Positions 18,225-28,588 of a stretch of 64,000 nucleotides of DNA are shown here, piece by piece. The position numbers and the translations under genes were made by a program. Origin of the DNA: Bacteroidales bacterium (GTDB taxonomy: Bacteria > Bacteroidota > Bacteroidia > Bacteroidales > F082); NCBI GenBank assembly GCA_045591245.1, contig JAZNSO010000007.1, forward strand, positions 4,621 to 68,620, in the 5' to 3' direction. The notes under the pieces were generated by a model, which saw only the letters and a list, made by a program, of their open reading frames with translations, did not search any database and was not told the origin of the DNA. How positions within the stretch are numbered: the first letter of the stretch is position 1; each line of letters starts with the position of its first letter.

Positions 18225-18875
18225 TTATGGTAGTGGATAGATTGTCGATGCATTTTCTGGCGAGACAATATCGCCAGTAAATGTGACTTGCCCGCCATCA
18301 TTGGAGAAGAAAATTATTCTTCCAGTTCCATTTGCCTGAACATAAACTTTGAAGTTAACAGGAATGACTCCAGTCCAGGTTCTAAACGAGCCCGTTATGA
18401 CAAAAGGTCCGTCTGAATCAGACATATCCACGCTATACGACAGCAATGTAGCAGGAGTGTTAGGAGTATCCCACGACTGCCAGTTCCATCCTGGCCAGCC
18501 AGGAGCGTTATATCCAGGACCAACGCCAGGAACTCCTGGACCATACCACGCCAAAGGTGCTGCAACAGAAGATGATACTGGATTATCAAATTCTATGCTT
18601 ATCGCAATCTTATCGCCTATTATGGCAAAATAATTTTGGAATGAGGAAACCGGCGACTCCTGTCCGAAAGGACCAATGAAAGTATTGGCTTCCAATACCA
18701 ATGTGGTGTCTTTGACCAACTTGACCATTTCTGCACGTGACTGTGCCAATTCCATCGCCTGACGTGCTCTACGTTCTGCGCGACGTTCCGTACGTTCTGT
18801 CTTGCCCGCACTCTGTGCAAAGAGCGAACCGCTAAAAACAAGAAGTAATGTTAATGTTAATAATCTAGATCTCAT
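18225..18875 (-). CDS. DUF4251-like secreted protein with a Gly/Pro/Trp-rich insertion
   Basis: 216 aa. A signal peptide is followed by the basic helix TERTERRAERRARQAMELAQSRAEMVKLV and then LVLEANTF..., which is the DUF4251 layout as I remember it. Confidence 0.65.
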   Translation of the reverse strand: MRSRLLTLTLLLVFSGSLFAQSAGKTERTERRAERRARQAMELAQSRAEMVKLVKDTTLVLEANTFIGPFGQESPVSSFQNYFAIIGDKIAISIEFDNPVSSSVAAPLAWYGPGVPGVGPGYNAPGWPGWNWQSWDTPNTPATLLSYSVDMSDSDGPFVITGSFRTWTGVIPVNFKVYVQANGTGRIIFFSNDGGQVTFTGDIVSPENASTIYPLP

Positions 18876-18930
18876 AATATTTGATGTTTTCTTATCTAAA
18901 CACCAAATATCTCTTTTTGTTTAAATAAAT

Positions 18931-18973
18931 ATCAGCGACAGAATTTTCTTACCGATAAAAAACTGCCGCTGAT
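18931..18973 (-). terminator. Candidate terminator after pepE
   Basis: Minus strand: ATCAGCGGCAG-N21-CTGTCGCTGAT (one G-U pair), followed by an A/T-rich tail. Confidence 0.35.
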
Positions 18974-18996
18974 ACTAAAGGACAATGTTATTTAAA

Positions 18997-19758
18997 TCAT
19001 ATAACGTATTGTGTTACATCAGCATTAGGTTCAAGTTCAAGAGGTTCTACACCATACTTAAACACCATCATTTTCTTTCCGCCTTTCAGATAATATCTGT
19101 CGCCGACCACCCAAATAGCAGAAGCCTCGCGAAGACCGATAACTTTCATATTCTGATTAACAGCAAGATATTCATTAATACGATCCTGACGTGTTTCGCC
19201 ACCGTGTTTAATCATCTTGTCGATTTCAGGATGAGGATCCAAATAGTGAGGATTTATCTGGAATGGTATCAGATTCAATGTGTTGAAAGATGCAGGCTGA
19301 ACGATAGGCATATCGTTTGTTGTACATAAAGTAGGGCAAGCAATATTTGATCCTGCGCTCCAACCGATGTAAGGTTTGCCTTCTCTAGCGACTTTTGAAA
19401 TAGCGTCCATCAAACCATATTTGTGAAGTTCTGCTACCAAATGGAAAGTGTTGCCGCCGCCAACTACAATACAGTCAGCATCACTAACAAGTTGAATCTT
19501 ATCTTCAACTTCATGAACAGAAACGAAATTTGTCAATCCTAATTTTTCTTCAAAGACTTTTTTTACTCTTGATGTATAAGCGTCATAACTTTGAGGATAT
19601 GGATTACCATTAATAAATACACCTGCAAAAGGCACGAAAACGATTTTGCTGTCGCCTGCAAGTTTGTTTTTTTCACAGAAAGACTCAAGTTGTGTCATTG
19701 GCCATGCCAAATATGTCTCTCCAAAATTTGTCGAATTGCTTATTAATAAAAGGTTCAT
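18997..19758 (-). CDS. pepE: Dipeptidase E (peptidase S51)
   Basis: I start it at ATG 19758 (MNLLLISNSTNFGETYL...), matching the PepE N-terminus. GWSAGSN is the nucleophile region. Confidence 0.85.
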   Translation of the reverse strand: MNLLLISNSTNFGETYLAWPMTQLESFCEKNKLAGDSKIVFVPFAGVFINGNPYPQSYDAYTSRVKKVFEEKLGLTNFVSVHEVEDKIQLVSDADCIVVGGGNTFHLVAELHKYGLMDAISKVAREGKPYIGWSAGSNIACPTLCTTNDMPIVQPASFNTLNLIPFQINPHYLDPHPEIDKMIKHGGETRQDRINEYLAVNQNMKVIGLREASAIWVVGDRYYLKGGKKMMVFKYGVEPLELEPNADVTQYVI

Positions 19759-19859
19759 ATCAATTTTATTTATTTCCACAAAAGTAAACATTTTTTCATT
19801 ACATATCTTATTTTTTCTTACCTTTGAATCAAATATTTGGTTTATTAAAATTTTAAAAT

Positions 19860-21854
19860 ATGAAAATTAAGTCACTGATAATCTGTTTTTCAATTCTGTT
19901 AATTACAAATTTAGCATTCGCACAGAAGGAATACCTCTTGCAGTCGCCTGACAAAAAGGTAAATATCACCATAAAAGCAGGAACCGACTTTCTGACTTAT
20001 TCCGTAACCCACGGCAACACAATCATAATCAAGGACTCCCCTATCACCTTGGAGCTTAGCGACGGTAAAATATTAGGTGCCAATCCTATCGTAAGAAATT
20101 ACAAGACAGAAACAGTCGATAAACTCATAAAAGCTGAATTCTACAAGAAAGAATACGTAGAAGATTATTATAACGAAATGACAATCAGCTTTAAAGGAAG
20201 TTACAACATTCAATTCCGAGCATATAATGACGGCGTAGCATACCGTTTCTGCACAAAATTCACAAAGCCAATCAACATCGTCAAAGAAGGAATCCATTAT
20301 AATTTTGACGAGGATTATGCAACACATATACCTTACGTTAATGTAAAAAGAAGCGAACTCGATTTCGTTAACAGACAGTTTTTCAACTCTTTCGAAAACA
20401 CTTATACAATTACGCCAATTTCTGAAATTGAAAACGACAGACTGGCATTCTTACCTATCTTAATATCACTTAAAGACGGTAAAAAAGTAGTTATCACAGA
20501 AGCCAACTTAGAAGATTATCCTGGAACATATCTGATGAAAAGCATGGAGGAAAACAGCCTTCGAGGCATACACGCTCCATATCCCAAAACGGAAGTTCAA
20601 GGCGGACATAACATGTTGCAATCTGTTGTGAAAGAACGAGAAAACTTTATCGCAAGAATTCAAGGTACACGCGAGCTTCCTTGGCGATGCATGGTTATCT
20701 CGACAGAAGACAAAGAATTAGCGAACAACGACATGGTTTACCGTCTCGCAGCTCCATCGAGAGTTGAAGACATCAGTTGGATTGTCCCTGGAAAAGTCGC
20801 ATGGGAATGGTGGAACGCTTGGAACATTAAAAACGTTGATTTTGAATCAGGTATAAATAACGAAACATACAAGCATTATATCGATTTTGCTTCAGAATAC
20901 GGCATCGAATACGTCATTTTAGACGAAGGATGGGCTGTCAACAAAAAAGCTGACTTGTTTGACGTAGTTCCTGAAATTGACATTGAAGAACTCGTTGAAT
21001 ACGCTGATAACAAGGGAGTTGGCATCGTTTTATGGGCTGGTCATATTGCAATGGAACGCGACATGGAAGAAGTCTGCAAATATTATTCAGAATTAGGTAT
21101 CAAAGGTTTTAAAGTTGATTTTATGGACAGAGACGACCAGAAAGCCGTTAATTTTTATTATAAAATGGCAGCCTTCGCCGCCAAATATCATCTCATTGTA
21201 GATTTTCACGGAGCATATAAACCTACAGGTTTGAATCGTACATATCCTAACGTCTTAAATTTTGAAGGCGTGTTCGGATTGGAACAAGTAAAATGGGCTC
21301 AAGACATTGATTTAGTGACTTATGAAACGACAATCCCTTATATAAGGATGCTTGCCGGACCGATGGACTTCACACAAGGCGCAATGCGTAACGCCAACAA
21401 AGCTAACTACAGAGCAGTGTGGAGCGAACCTATGAGTCAGGGAACTCGCTGCAGACAACTTGCTGAGTATGTTATATTTGAATCTCCTTTCAACATGCTT
21501 TGCGACAGCCCGAGCAACTACAGAGACGAAGACGAATGCACGAAATACATCGCTGAAATCCCAACAGTGTGGGACGAAACAATTGCCTTGGACGGAAAAG
21601 TCGGAGAATATACAGTCATAGCTCGTCGTTCAGGCGACAGATGGTACATAGGCGGCATCACAAATTGGGACGAACGAGAAATTGAAATCGACTTGACAGA
21701 ACTCGGATTGAAAAATGACAAAGGAATAGAATTCCGCGACGGCATCAACGCCAATAAAATCGCTGAAGATTATGTCAAAAGCAGCATCATAATAGAAAAT
21801 AATACCTACACCGCCAAGATGAGTAAAGGCGGAGGTTTTGTTCTGATTTTATGA
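19860..21854 (+). CDS. Glycoside hydrolase family 97 (SusB-like alpha-glucosidase/alpha-galactosidase)
   Basis: 664 aa with a signal peptide. GH97-like N-terminal beta domain and GIKGFKVDFMDRDDQKAVNFY in the catalytic barrel. Confidence 0.85.
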   Translation: MKIKSLIICFSILLITNLAFAQKEYLLQSPDKKVNITIKAGTDFLTYSVTHGNTIIIKDSPITLELSDGKILGANPIVRNYKTETVDKLIKAEFYKKEYVEDYYNEMTISFKGSYNIQFRAYNDGVAYRFCTKFTKPINIVKEGIHYNFDEDYATHIPYVNVKRSELDFVNRQFFNSFENTYTITPISEIENDRLAFLPILISLKDGKKVVITEANLEDYPGTYLMKSMEENSLRGIHAPYPKTEVQGGHNMLQSVVKERENFIARIQGTRELPWRCMVISTEDKELANNDMVYRLAAPSRVEDISWIVPGKVAWEWWNAWNIKNVDFESGINNETYKHYIDFASEYGIEYVILDEGWAVNKKADLFDVVPEIDIEELVEYADNKGVGIVLWAGHIAMERDMEEVCKYYSELGIKGFKVDFMDRDDQKAVNFYYKMAAFAAKYHLIVDFHGAYKPTGLNRTYPNVLNFEGVFGLEQVKWAQDIDLVTYETTIPYIRMLAGPMDFTQGAMRNANKANYRAVWSEPMSQGTRCRQLAEYVIFESPFNMLCDSPSNYRDEDECTKYIAEIPTVWDETIALDGKVGEYTVIARRSGDRWYIGGITNWDEREIEIDLTELGLKNDKGIEFRDGINANKIAEDYVKSSIIIENNTYTAKMSKGGGFVLIL

Positions 21855-21950
21855 TCTTTTTAACATTTATATTTGAAGAAATATTTGTAGAAATTCAGTT
21901 CTTGGTTAGAGATTTTTTTTGCAAATTTGCACCTTTAAAAAAATAGTGTT

Positions 21951-23297
21951 ATGAGTGAAGCGAAAGGAGCCTTATTATTAGGAACTGAAGATGTTGGCAA
22001 GTTATTGAAGAAATATGCTACACCAGCAATTATTGCAATGACAGCGTCGTCGTTGTATAATATGGTAGATAGCATTTTCATTGGACAAGGTGTTGGACCT
22101 CTGGCAATTTCAGGTTTGGCAATCACTTTTCCATTTATGAACTTAGGTGCCGCCATCGGCGCGATGGTCGGTGTTGGCGCATCGACGGTTACCGCCATGG
22201 AACTCGGCAAAAAAAATTACGCCAAGAGCTGCCGCGCTTTAGCAAACACCATAATGCTCAATGTATTCTTCGGAATGTTATTCACCGTTATATGTTTAAT
22301 CTTTCTTAAACCTATTTTATTCTTCTTCGGCGCAAGCGAAAACACTCTGCCCTACGCTTACGAATATATGCAGATAATACTCATAGGCAACATTATTACG
22401 CACTTATATCACGGTCTCAATTCAGTATTAAGAGCTTCAGGACACCCCAACGAGGCAATGATAGCGACAATCATAACAGTCCTTGCAAACGTATTCCTCG
22501 ACTGGCTTTTCATCTTCCCTCTTGGAATGGGAATCCGCGGAGCTGCATTAGCAACAGTATTGGCACAAACTATACCGCTCATCTATCTCTTCAAGATTTT
22601 CTCAAACAAAAACGAACTGGTACATTTTGATAAAAAAGATTTCATCTTCGACATAAAAATAATAAAAGACATACTCGCCATAGGAATATCCCCATTATTA
22701 TTAAACTCCGCACTTTGCGTCATTGTCATCTTGATAAACAACGGTTTAAAGAAATTTGGCGGCGACTTGTCCGTCGGAGCCTACGGCATCGTCAACAGAG
22801 TCACATTCTTCTTCACCATGATTGTGATGGGAATAACTCAAGGAATGCAACCTATCGTAAGCTACAACTACGGTGCGAGACAATACGAACGCGTCACCGA
22901 AGCTCTTAAAAAAGCTATACTTCTTGCTATCGCGACATTAAGTTTCGGATGTCTCATCGGTGAGACAACTCCAAGATTCGTGTGTTCACTTTTCACTAAC
23001 GACGAGGAATTACTAAATTATTCCGTCGAGGGCATGAGAATCGTGATGGCAACATTCCCAATCATCGCCCTGCCTATCGTAATCGGCAATTTCTTCCAAA
23101 GCATAGGAAAAGCAAAAAAATCAATAGTTTTGTCATTATCTCGACAAGTCTTGTTTCTTATACCTTTATTAATAATACTGCCTAACTTCATAGGGATAAA
23201 AGGCGTATGGTGGAGCATTCCAATCTCAGATGTCATTGCGACTTTGCTTTCTATTGTGATGATATACAGATACTATAAATTCGATGTAAAATCTTGA
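21951..23297 (+). CDS. MATE-family efflux transporter
   Basis: 448 aa, 12 predicted TM segments, typical MATE N-terminus (...LLKKYATPAIIAMTASSLYNMVDSIFIG). Confidence 0.9.
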   Translation: MSEAKGALLLGTEDVGKLLKKYATPAIIAMTASSLYNMVDSIFIGQGVGPLAISGLAITFPFMNLGAAIGAMVGVGASTVTAMELGKKNYAKSCRALANTIMLNVFFGMLFTVICLIFLKPILFFFGASENTLPYAYEYMQIILIGNIITHLYHGLNSVLRASGHPNEAMIATIITVLANVFLDWLFIFPLGMGIRGAALATVLAQTIPLIYLFKIFSNKNELVHFDKKDFIFDIKIIKDILAIGISPLLLNSALCVIVILINNGLKKFGGDLSVGAYGIVNRVTFFFTMIVMGITQGMQPIVSYNYGARQYERVTEALKKAILLAIATLSFGCLIGETTPRFVCSLFTNDEELLNYSVEGMRIVMATFPIIALPIVIGNFFQSIGKAKKSIVLSLSRQVLFLIPLLIILPNFIGIKGVWWSIPISDVIATLLSIVMIYRYYKFDVKS

Positions 23298-23341
23298 CAA
23301 TAAAGCGAAGATACAAATTCCAAGTTAAAAAAAGACTAACG

Positions 23342-24085
23342 ATGAAAAGATATTTTTTACACCTTGCTTATAACGGGGCGCGATACCACGGATGGCAAAT
23401 TCAGCCCACTGCCATTTCTGTACAAGAAGAACTGGAAAAATGTCTAAGCATGAAACTCGGAGATAAAATTAGCGTTACAGGATGCGGAAGAACAGACGCC
23501 GGAGTCCACGCACGCAATTTCTACGCACACTTCGATGTCGAGAAAGAGATTTCCGACTGCAAAGAATTTGTCCATCGTCTTAATATCTTTTTACCCAACG
23601 ACATTGTCGTGTATAAATGCTGGGAAGTTGACAACAATTTGCACGCTCGTTTCAACGCTACGTCAAGGACTTACCATTATTACATAACACAAAACAAAAA
23701 TCCATTCCACAATCACGACGCTTATTATTACTATGGGAATCTCGATGTGGAATCGATGCAGAAAGCCGCCGACATCTTGTTCGAATACACCGATTTCACA
23801 AGTTTCTCAAAATTACATACGCAAGTTCAGACCAACAACTGCAAAATAATGAAAGCTCGTTTCTTCAAAGAAAACGAATTGTTAGTTTTTGAGATAAAAG
23901 CCGACAGATTCTTGAGAAACATGGTTCGCGCCATCATCGGGACTCTATTAGAAGTCGGACGCGGCAAGATGAGCACCAGTCAGTTCCGAAGCGTAATAGA
24001 AAACAAGAACCGCTGCTCAGCAGGAACATCAATGCCTGCTCATGCCCTATTTCTTGAGGACATCACCTACGACCAAATCCCATAA
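23342..24085 (+). CDS. truA: tRNA pseudouridine(38-40) synthase
   Basis: I start it at ATG 23342 (MKRYFLHLAYNGARYHGWQIQP). Catalytic GCGRTDAGVHA motif. Confidence 0.95.
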   Translation: MKRYFLHLAYNGARYHGWQIQPTAISVQEELEKCLSMKLGDKISVTGCGRTDAGVHARNFYAHFDVEKEISDCKEFVHRLNIFLPNDIVVYKCWEVDNNLHARFNATSRTYHYYITQNKNPFHNHDAYYYYGNLDVESMQKAADILFEYTDFTSFSKLHTQVQTNNCKIMKARFFKENELLVFEIKADRFLRNMVRAIIGTLLEVGRGKMSTSQFRSVIENKNRCSAGTSMPAHALFLEDITYDQIP

Positions 24086-24260
24086 AATATCAATTTGTTG
24101 AACAACTCAAGATTTTGTTCAATAGATGGAAAGATTTATTTATCAACATTTTCTCACTCAATTTTGTGGATAACTTATCAGAAAAATTATTGTTTTTTTA
24201 TTTTATTAAATTTAAATTTGTAACGATAGAAAACTCAATAATTAATTAAACACTTACGTT

Positions 24261-24980
24261 ATGTCGATATATCTATTAGCGGATGATGTTTTTGATTTTC
24301 CATCTGCAAACTTAGCTAACAAAGACGGACTGCTTGCCATTGGAGGTGACCTATCGCCAGAGAGACTTATCATCGCCTACTCTTCGGGAATTTTCCCTTG
24401 GTATTCTGAAGGCGAACCCATATTATGGTGGTCGCTCGATCCTCGTATGGTAATGAAACCAACAGAAATGAAAGTCACAAAATCACTAAGGAAAACTATA
24501 GATTCCAACAAATATTCATGTTCTTTCGACACCAATTTCGACAAGGTCATTGAAATGTGCGCCAACGTAGAAAGAAAAGACCAAGACGGAACATGGATCA
24601 GCGAAGACATGATTGCTGCGTACAAGGAACTGCATAGGTTAGGATTCGCGCACTCCGTTGAGACTTATTGCGACAACGAATTAATTGGCGGATTATATGG
24701 AGTTTCCATAGGCAGCATCTTCTGCGGAGAGTCGATGTTTCACACAAAGACCGACGCATCAAAAGTGGCATTATACAACCTATGCGAATTTCTCATCCAT
24801 AACAACTTCGACATCATTGATGTCCAGCAAGATACGCCTCATTTCAGAAGAATGGGCGCATATACAATCCCAAGAAAAGACTTCCTGAAGCTATTAAAAA
24901 CTTACGTCAAACATCCTTCTTTAGTAGGAAATTGGGGCGATGGTAGCGCAAGCTGGAAAGAAGTGGTTATCAGCGAGTGA
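24261..24980 (+). CDS. aat: Leucyl/phenylalanyl-tRNA--protein transferase
   Basis: GIFPWYSEGEPILWWSLDPR and CGESMFH motifs, 239 aa. Confidence 0.9.
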   Translation: MSIYLLADDVFDFPSANLANKDGLLAIGGDLSPERLIIAYSSGIFPWYSEGEPILWWSLDPRMVMKPTEMKVTKSLRKTIDSNKYSCSFDTNFDKVIEMCANVERKDQDGTWISEDMIAAYKELHRLGFAHSVETYCDNELIGGLYGVSIGSIFCGESMFHTKTDASKVALYNLCEFLIHNNFDIIDVQQDTPHFRRMGAYTIPRKDFLKLLKTYVKHPSLVGNWGDGSASWKEVVISE

Positions 24981-24999
24981 AATGTGTGACAGACAAAAA

Positions 25000-26052
25000 T
25001 CACAATTGTTCTGTCAGTTTATCAATAAAATCAATCCAATTGAAACTGTCGTACGACTGTCCCGTTCTGACAACAACAATATTCTTGTCTTGATTTACAT
25101 AGACGTACTGTCCCATGAAACCGACAGCTACATACGCATTGCTATCTGTAATCCTCCATCCATATGAATAATAATAGCCGTCTTCGTCTTTAAATTTATT
25201 GTATTTTGTAAAACTTTCTTTAACCCATTCTTCCGGAACTATCTGATTCCCATTATAGAATCCATTATAAAGATATATGCATCCAAATCTTGCCAAATCG
25301 ATTGGTGCCGCATTAATACCACAAAAACCTTTCACCTGATTATTGCTTTTGCTATCGACACTCCAAGTCGCGTCGTGCGACATTCCAGCTTTCTGCCACA
25401 ATTCTTTCTCAAAAAAATTAACAATATTGACTCCAACAGCTCGCTCTATCGCCATACACAACAACAATGTATTGACATTCTGATAACTGTATTCCCTTCC
25501 TGGTGTTTTGGATATCTGATATTCGTTAACGATTTTTCTTAAATCCGTAGAGAAATAAATATTTGCCACCTTCATAAATCCGTCGGAATCCAGACCTGAA
25601 CACATATTGAGAAGCATCTCTATTGTTATATCTTTAAAATCATATAGTTCTGGAATATAATTAGTTATCGGTTCTTTTATGCTTTTTATATAACCGTCTT
25701 CAATAGCAATGCCAAGCAATGACGAGACAAACGATTTTGAAATAGAAAATGTCGGTGTCGTAGGATGTTGCAAGGTGTCGTAAAAATATTTCTCATAAAG
25801 AATACTATCATTTCTTATTATAATGAAAGACAATGTCTTATTATTTTCCAAAAAAATATCTAAATCAAGGTCATCATCGAATGACGAATCTGCACTTTTG
25901 AGGAAGTTATCAGAATATTTAGGTTTATTAATTTTTACATTATCAAAATAATATTGGTCTCGAAAATTAGGTATTCTGTACGCAAACGACTTATCACTGC
26001 ATGACGATACAATAAAAACAATTGATATTAGGAAAAATAACTTTATTTTCAT
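25000..26052 (-). CDS. Serine hydrolase (class C beta-lactamase / PBP4* superfamily)
   Basis: I start it at ATG 26052 (MKIKLFFLISIVFIVSSC...). SxxK motif in FSISKSF. Confidence 0.8.
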   Translation of the reverse strand: MKIKLFFLISIVFIVSSCSDKSFAYRIPNFRDQYYFDNVKINKPKYSDNFLKSADSSFDDDLDLDIFLENNKTLSFIIIRNDSILYEKYFYDTLQHPTTPTFSISKSFVSSLLGIAIEDGYIKSIKEPITNYIPELYDFKDITIEMLLNMCSGLDSDGFMKVANIYFSTDLRKIVNEYQISKTPGREYSYQNVNTLLLCMAIERAVGVNIVNFFEKELWQKAGMSHDATWSVDSKSNNQVKGFCGINAAPIDLARFGCIYLYNGFYNGNQIVPEEWVKESFTKYNKFKDEDGYYYSYGWRITDSNAYVAVGFMGQYVYVNQDKNIVVVRTGQSYDSFNWIDFIDKLTEQL

Positions 26053-26143
26053 AAAAAAATGTCTTACAATTCGTAGTAATAACAAATCATAAGACATTTA
26101 ATAATGTAAAAAAAATTATTTTTATGTTAATGAAATTAAAAAC

Positions 26144-27292
26144 TCATATTTTAAGCGTATTAAGATTTTCAACCGGATTAGCATAAATCTTTAAGAAAAT
26201 ATTTTCGAGTTCACTCATCTCGCCGGTCACTCTGCAAGGAAGTTTGCTCAAACCATTTTTCATATATTCGACAAACTGCTCCTTGTCTTCCTTAGCATAG
26301 AATTCTTCATATTTATATGACTTATTAAGAATATCGTAAGCTATATAATTGTTTTTGTACAACTTATAATTATTCAAGATTCTATAATCTATAATCTTTC
26401 CAAGATGAGCGAATTTGTTGTTTTTCTCAAATGAGTCGCAATATTCAAGTTCTTGTTCAGTGATTGGTTTTGTTATCGAGATATGAATCTGACCTTTCGG
26501 CTGCATAATTCCAGTAATGATACTTCTCAAATCTTCGCCCTGTTCCTTTATATACTTCTGATAATTAGATATATATATTTCCATGGTTTTCAAGAAGTCG
26601 CAAGGTTCATATTCGTACGATATAGAAATCGGGAGTATATTAATCTGTTTGAGGTTCTCGACGAAAGGTTTGTCGCTGCTCAACGAAAACATTTTCAAAA
26701 CACCTAGTTCAGTTTTGTCGTCGCCGTCTTTTGTTCTTCCGTTGCGTTGAGCAATCCATACTGACTGTTTTTTCTCAGTAATGACATGTCGCATATAATT
26801 AGAGACGTGCAATGAATCTTTGTAAAAATCCTTTGCGCTGCCGCCTCTCGAAATCTTGAACATCTTATTTATTTTTCCAAAATCGATGACAAAGTCGCCC
26901 TGCATAAGATTGCTGCCAAATGTTATCTCAAAGGAATCAATATCGTTCTGATGAAATATATAACCCAACAATGTTGCATCTAAAGCAATGTCTCTATGAT
27001 TGTTAACTAACATATAATTAGTATTCCTATCGACGTTTTCAATTCCGCCATAAGTCAATCCAGATGAGGTTTTCTTTATGATACTGTCAACGGCTCTATA
27101 CATGAATCCGTATTGGAAATCCGCGATACACTTGTAGTTTAGGAATTCGTTTCTGTATGTTTCAACATCCACTTCAGGGAACACTGTGTTGATAACAATT
27201 GGAAAGTATTCGCTGGCGGCCAATCTCTTGATTGCCTCAACGGCTTCACTTTCGTTGTAAGGTCTGATGTCATCAAAATTTTCCATAATCAT
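26144..27292 (-). CDS. PlsC-superfamily glycerolipid/lysolipid acyltransferase-like protein
   Basis: 382 aa. NHRDIALDATLL is an acyltransferase block-I-like motif. ATGA overlap with the upstream ligase gene. Confidence 0.65.
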   Translation of the reverse strand: MIMENFDDIRPYNESEAVEAIKRLAASEYFPIVINTVFPEVDVETYRNEFLNYKCIADFQYGFMYRAVDSIIKKTSSGLTYGGIENVDRNTNYMLVNNHRDIALDATLLGYIFHQNDIDSFEITFGSNLMQGDFVIDFGKINKMFKISRGGSAKDFYKDSLHVSNYMRHVITEKKQSVWIAQRNGRTKDGDDKTELGVLKMFSLSSDKPFVENLKQINILPISISYEYEPCDFLKTMEIYISNYQKYIKEQGEDLRSIITGIMQPKGQIHISITKPITEQELEYCDSFEKNNKFAHLGKIIDYRILNNYKLYKNNYIAYDILNKSYKYEEFYAKEDKEQFVEYMKNGLSKLPCRVTGEMSELENIFLKIYANPVENLNTLKI

Positions 27293-28584
27293 TTTCTTTT
27301 ATCAATAAATTTAACAGGTTTACGGCTCGTCGCTGGGAAATTGATTTTCTGTATTTCCTCCACAGGCAGAATTTCGACTTCGCAAGCTACTCTAATACGC
27401 GCTCTAAATCTGTCTTTCAATTCCTTGACAGCATCAATACTCGGCTTATATTTAAGACCTACTTTCACCGTCACTTCGTCTGTTCCCGCAGAACTATAAT
27501 CTACGTATATGACGTAATTTTCGACGAAATCTGTATTGTCTAAAATATCGAATATTGCCGGAGGATATAGAGTGGTGCCTTTTAATTTTATCATATTGTT
27601 TTTTCTTCCCACCAACGGACTGATTCTGAACGAATGTCGTCCGCATTTACATGGTTCGGTGTGAATGCTTGCCATATCGCCAGTGCGGAATCTCAACAAA
27701 GGCATCGATTCCACGCCAAGTGTTGTGATTACAACTTCACCGACTTCTCCATCCTTAACAGGTTTATCGTCGTCACCGATAATCTCAACTATTATAAGTT
27801 CAGGATGATGATGACCTCCGCATCCATATTCACATTCAGGAAATGTAGTTGACATCTCTGTAGACGAATACGTTGCAAACAAATCGGCATCCCATTTCTC
27901 TTTAATTTTGCTGCCTAAAAGGTTAAGATTGAAATTTTGGTCACGCAAGCCCTCTCCTATTCCGATGATACGTTTCACGCTGGAATTCTTATAATCTATA
28001 TTGTGTTCCTCAGCATATTGTATCAGACGAAGTATGAAAGATGGCACACACATAATAGTATCAGGATTCATTCTCTGAATCGTATCCCACTGAAGCTCAG
28101 GTATTCCATTACCTACGCGAATGATGCTCGCTCCTAATTCTCTGATGCCAAGGAAATACGCCAATCCCGCCATGAATCTTTTGTCCATGGTCGTCATTAG
28201 TTGCAGAATATTGCCAGGTTTTAGTCCTGCGCACATGAAAGAAATCTTCTCATTATACGCCAATCGCTGCAAATCCTTTTCACTGCAAGCAAAAATCACA
28301 GGCTCGCCTGTCGTGCCTGAAGTCGTGATATAATCGACAATCTTTTCTTTCGGAACACAAAGAAAGTCTGAATTGTATTTCTGGAGGTCGTTTTTTTCTG
28401 TAAAAGGAATCTCCTGTAAAGACTCAATAGTATTTATCTTTGATATATCTATATGATTTTCAGAGAATAATCTTTTATAATATGGAGATTTCTCGTTGAG
28501 ATACTGCATCAGCTCAACCAATCTCTTCTCTTGATATTTCTTTATCACCTCAAGAGGCTGATATTCAATTTCCGGATACAACAT
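27289..28584 (-). CDS. Phenylacetate-CoA ligase (PaaK)/F390-synthetase-like adenylate-forming enzyme
   Basis: 431 aa. TSGTTGEP AMP-binding motif and a short PaaK-type architecture. Confidence 0.85.
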   Translation of the reverse strand: MLYPEIEYQPLEVIKKYQEKRLVELMQYLNEKSPYYKRLFSENHIDISKINTIESLQEIPFTEKNDLQKYNSDFLCVPKEKIVDYITTSGTTGEPVIFACSEKDLQRLAYNEKISFMCAGLKPGNILQLMTTMDKRFMAGLAYFLGIRELGASIIRVGNGIPELQWDTIQRMNPDTIMCVPSFILRLIQYAEEHNIDYKNSSVKRIIGIGEGLRDQNFNLNLLGSKIKEKWDADLFATYSSTEMSTTFPECEYGCGGHHHPELIIVEIIGDDDKPVKDGEVGEVVITTLGVESMPLLRFRTGDMASIHTEPCKCGRHSFRISPLVGRKNNMIKLKGTTLYPPAIFDILDNTDFVENYVIYVDYSSAGTDEVTVKVGLKYKPSIDAVKELKDRFRARIRVACEVEILPVEEIQKINFPATSRKPVKFIDKRK

Positions 28585-28588
28585 ATTA

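Noticed and set aside
21920-21931. Perfect palindrome TGCAAATTTGCA upstream of the MATE gene
   Set aside because: It overlaps TTTG-type promoter elements that are common in Bacteroidota upstream regions, and I see nothing beyond a promoter-like context.
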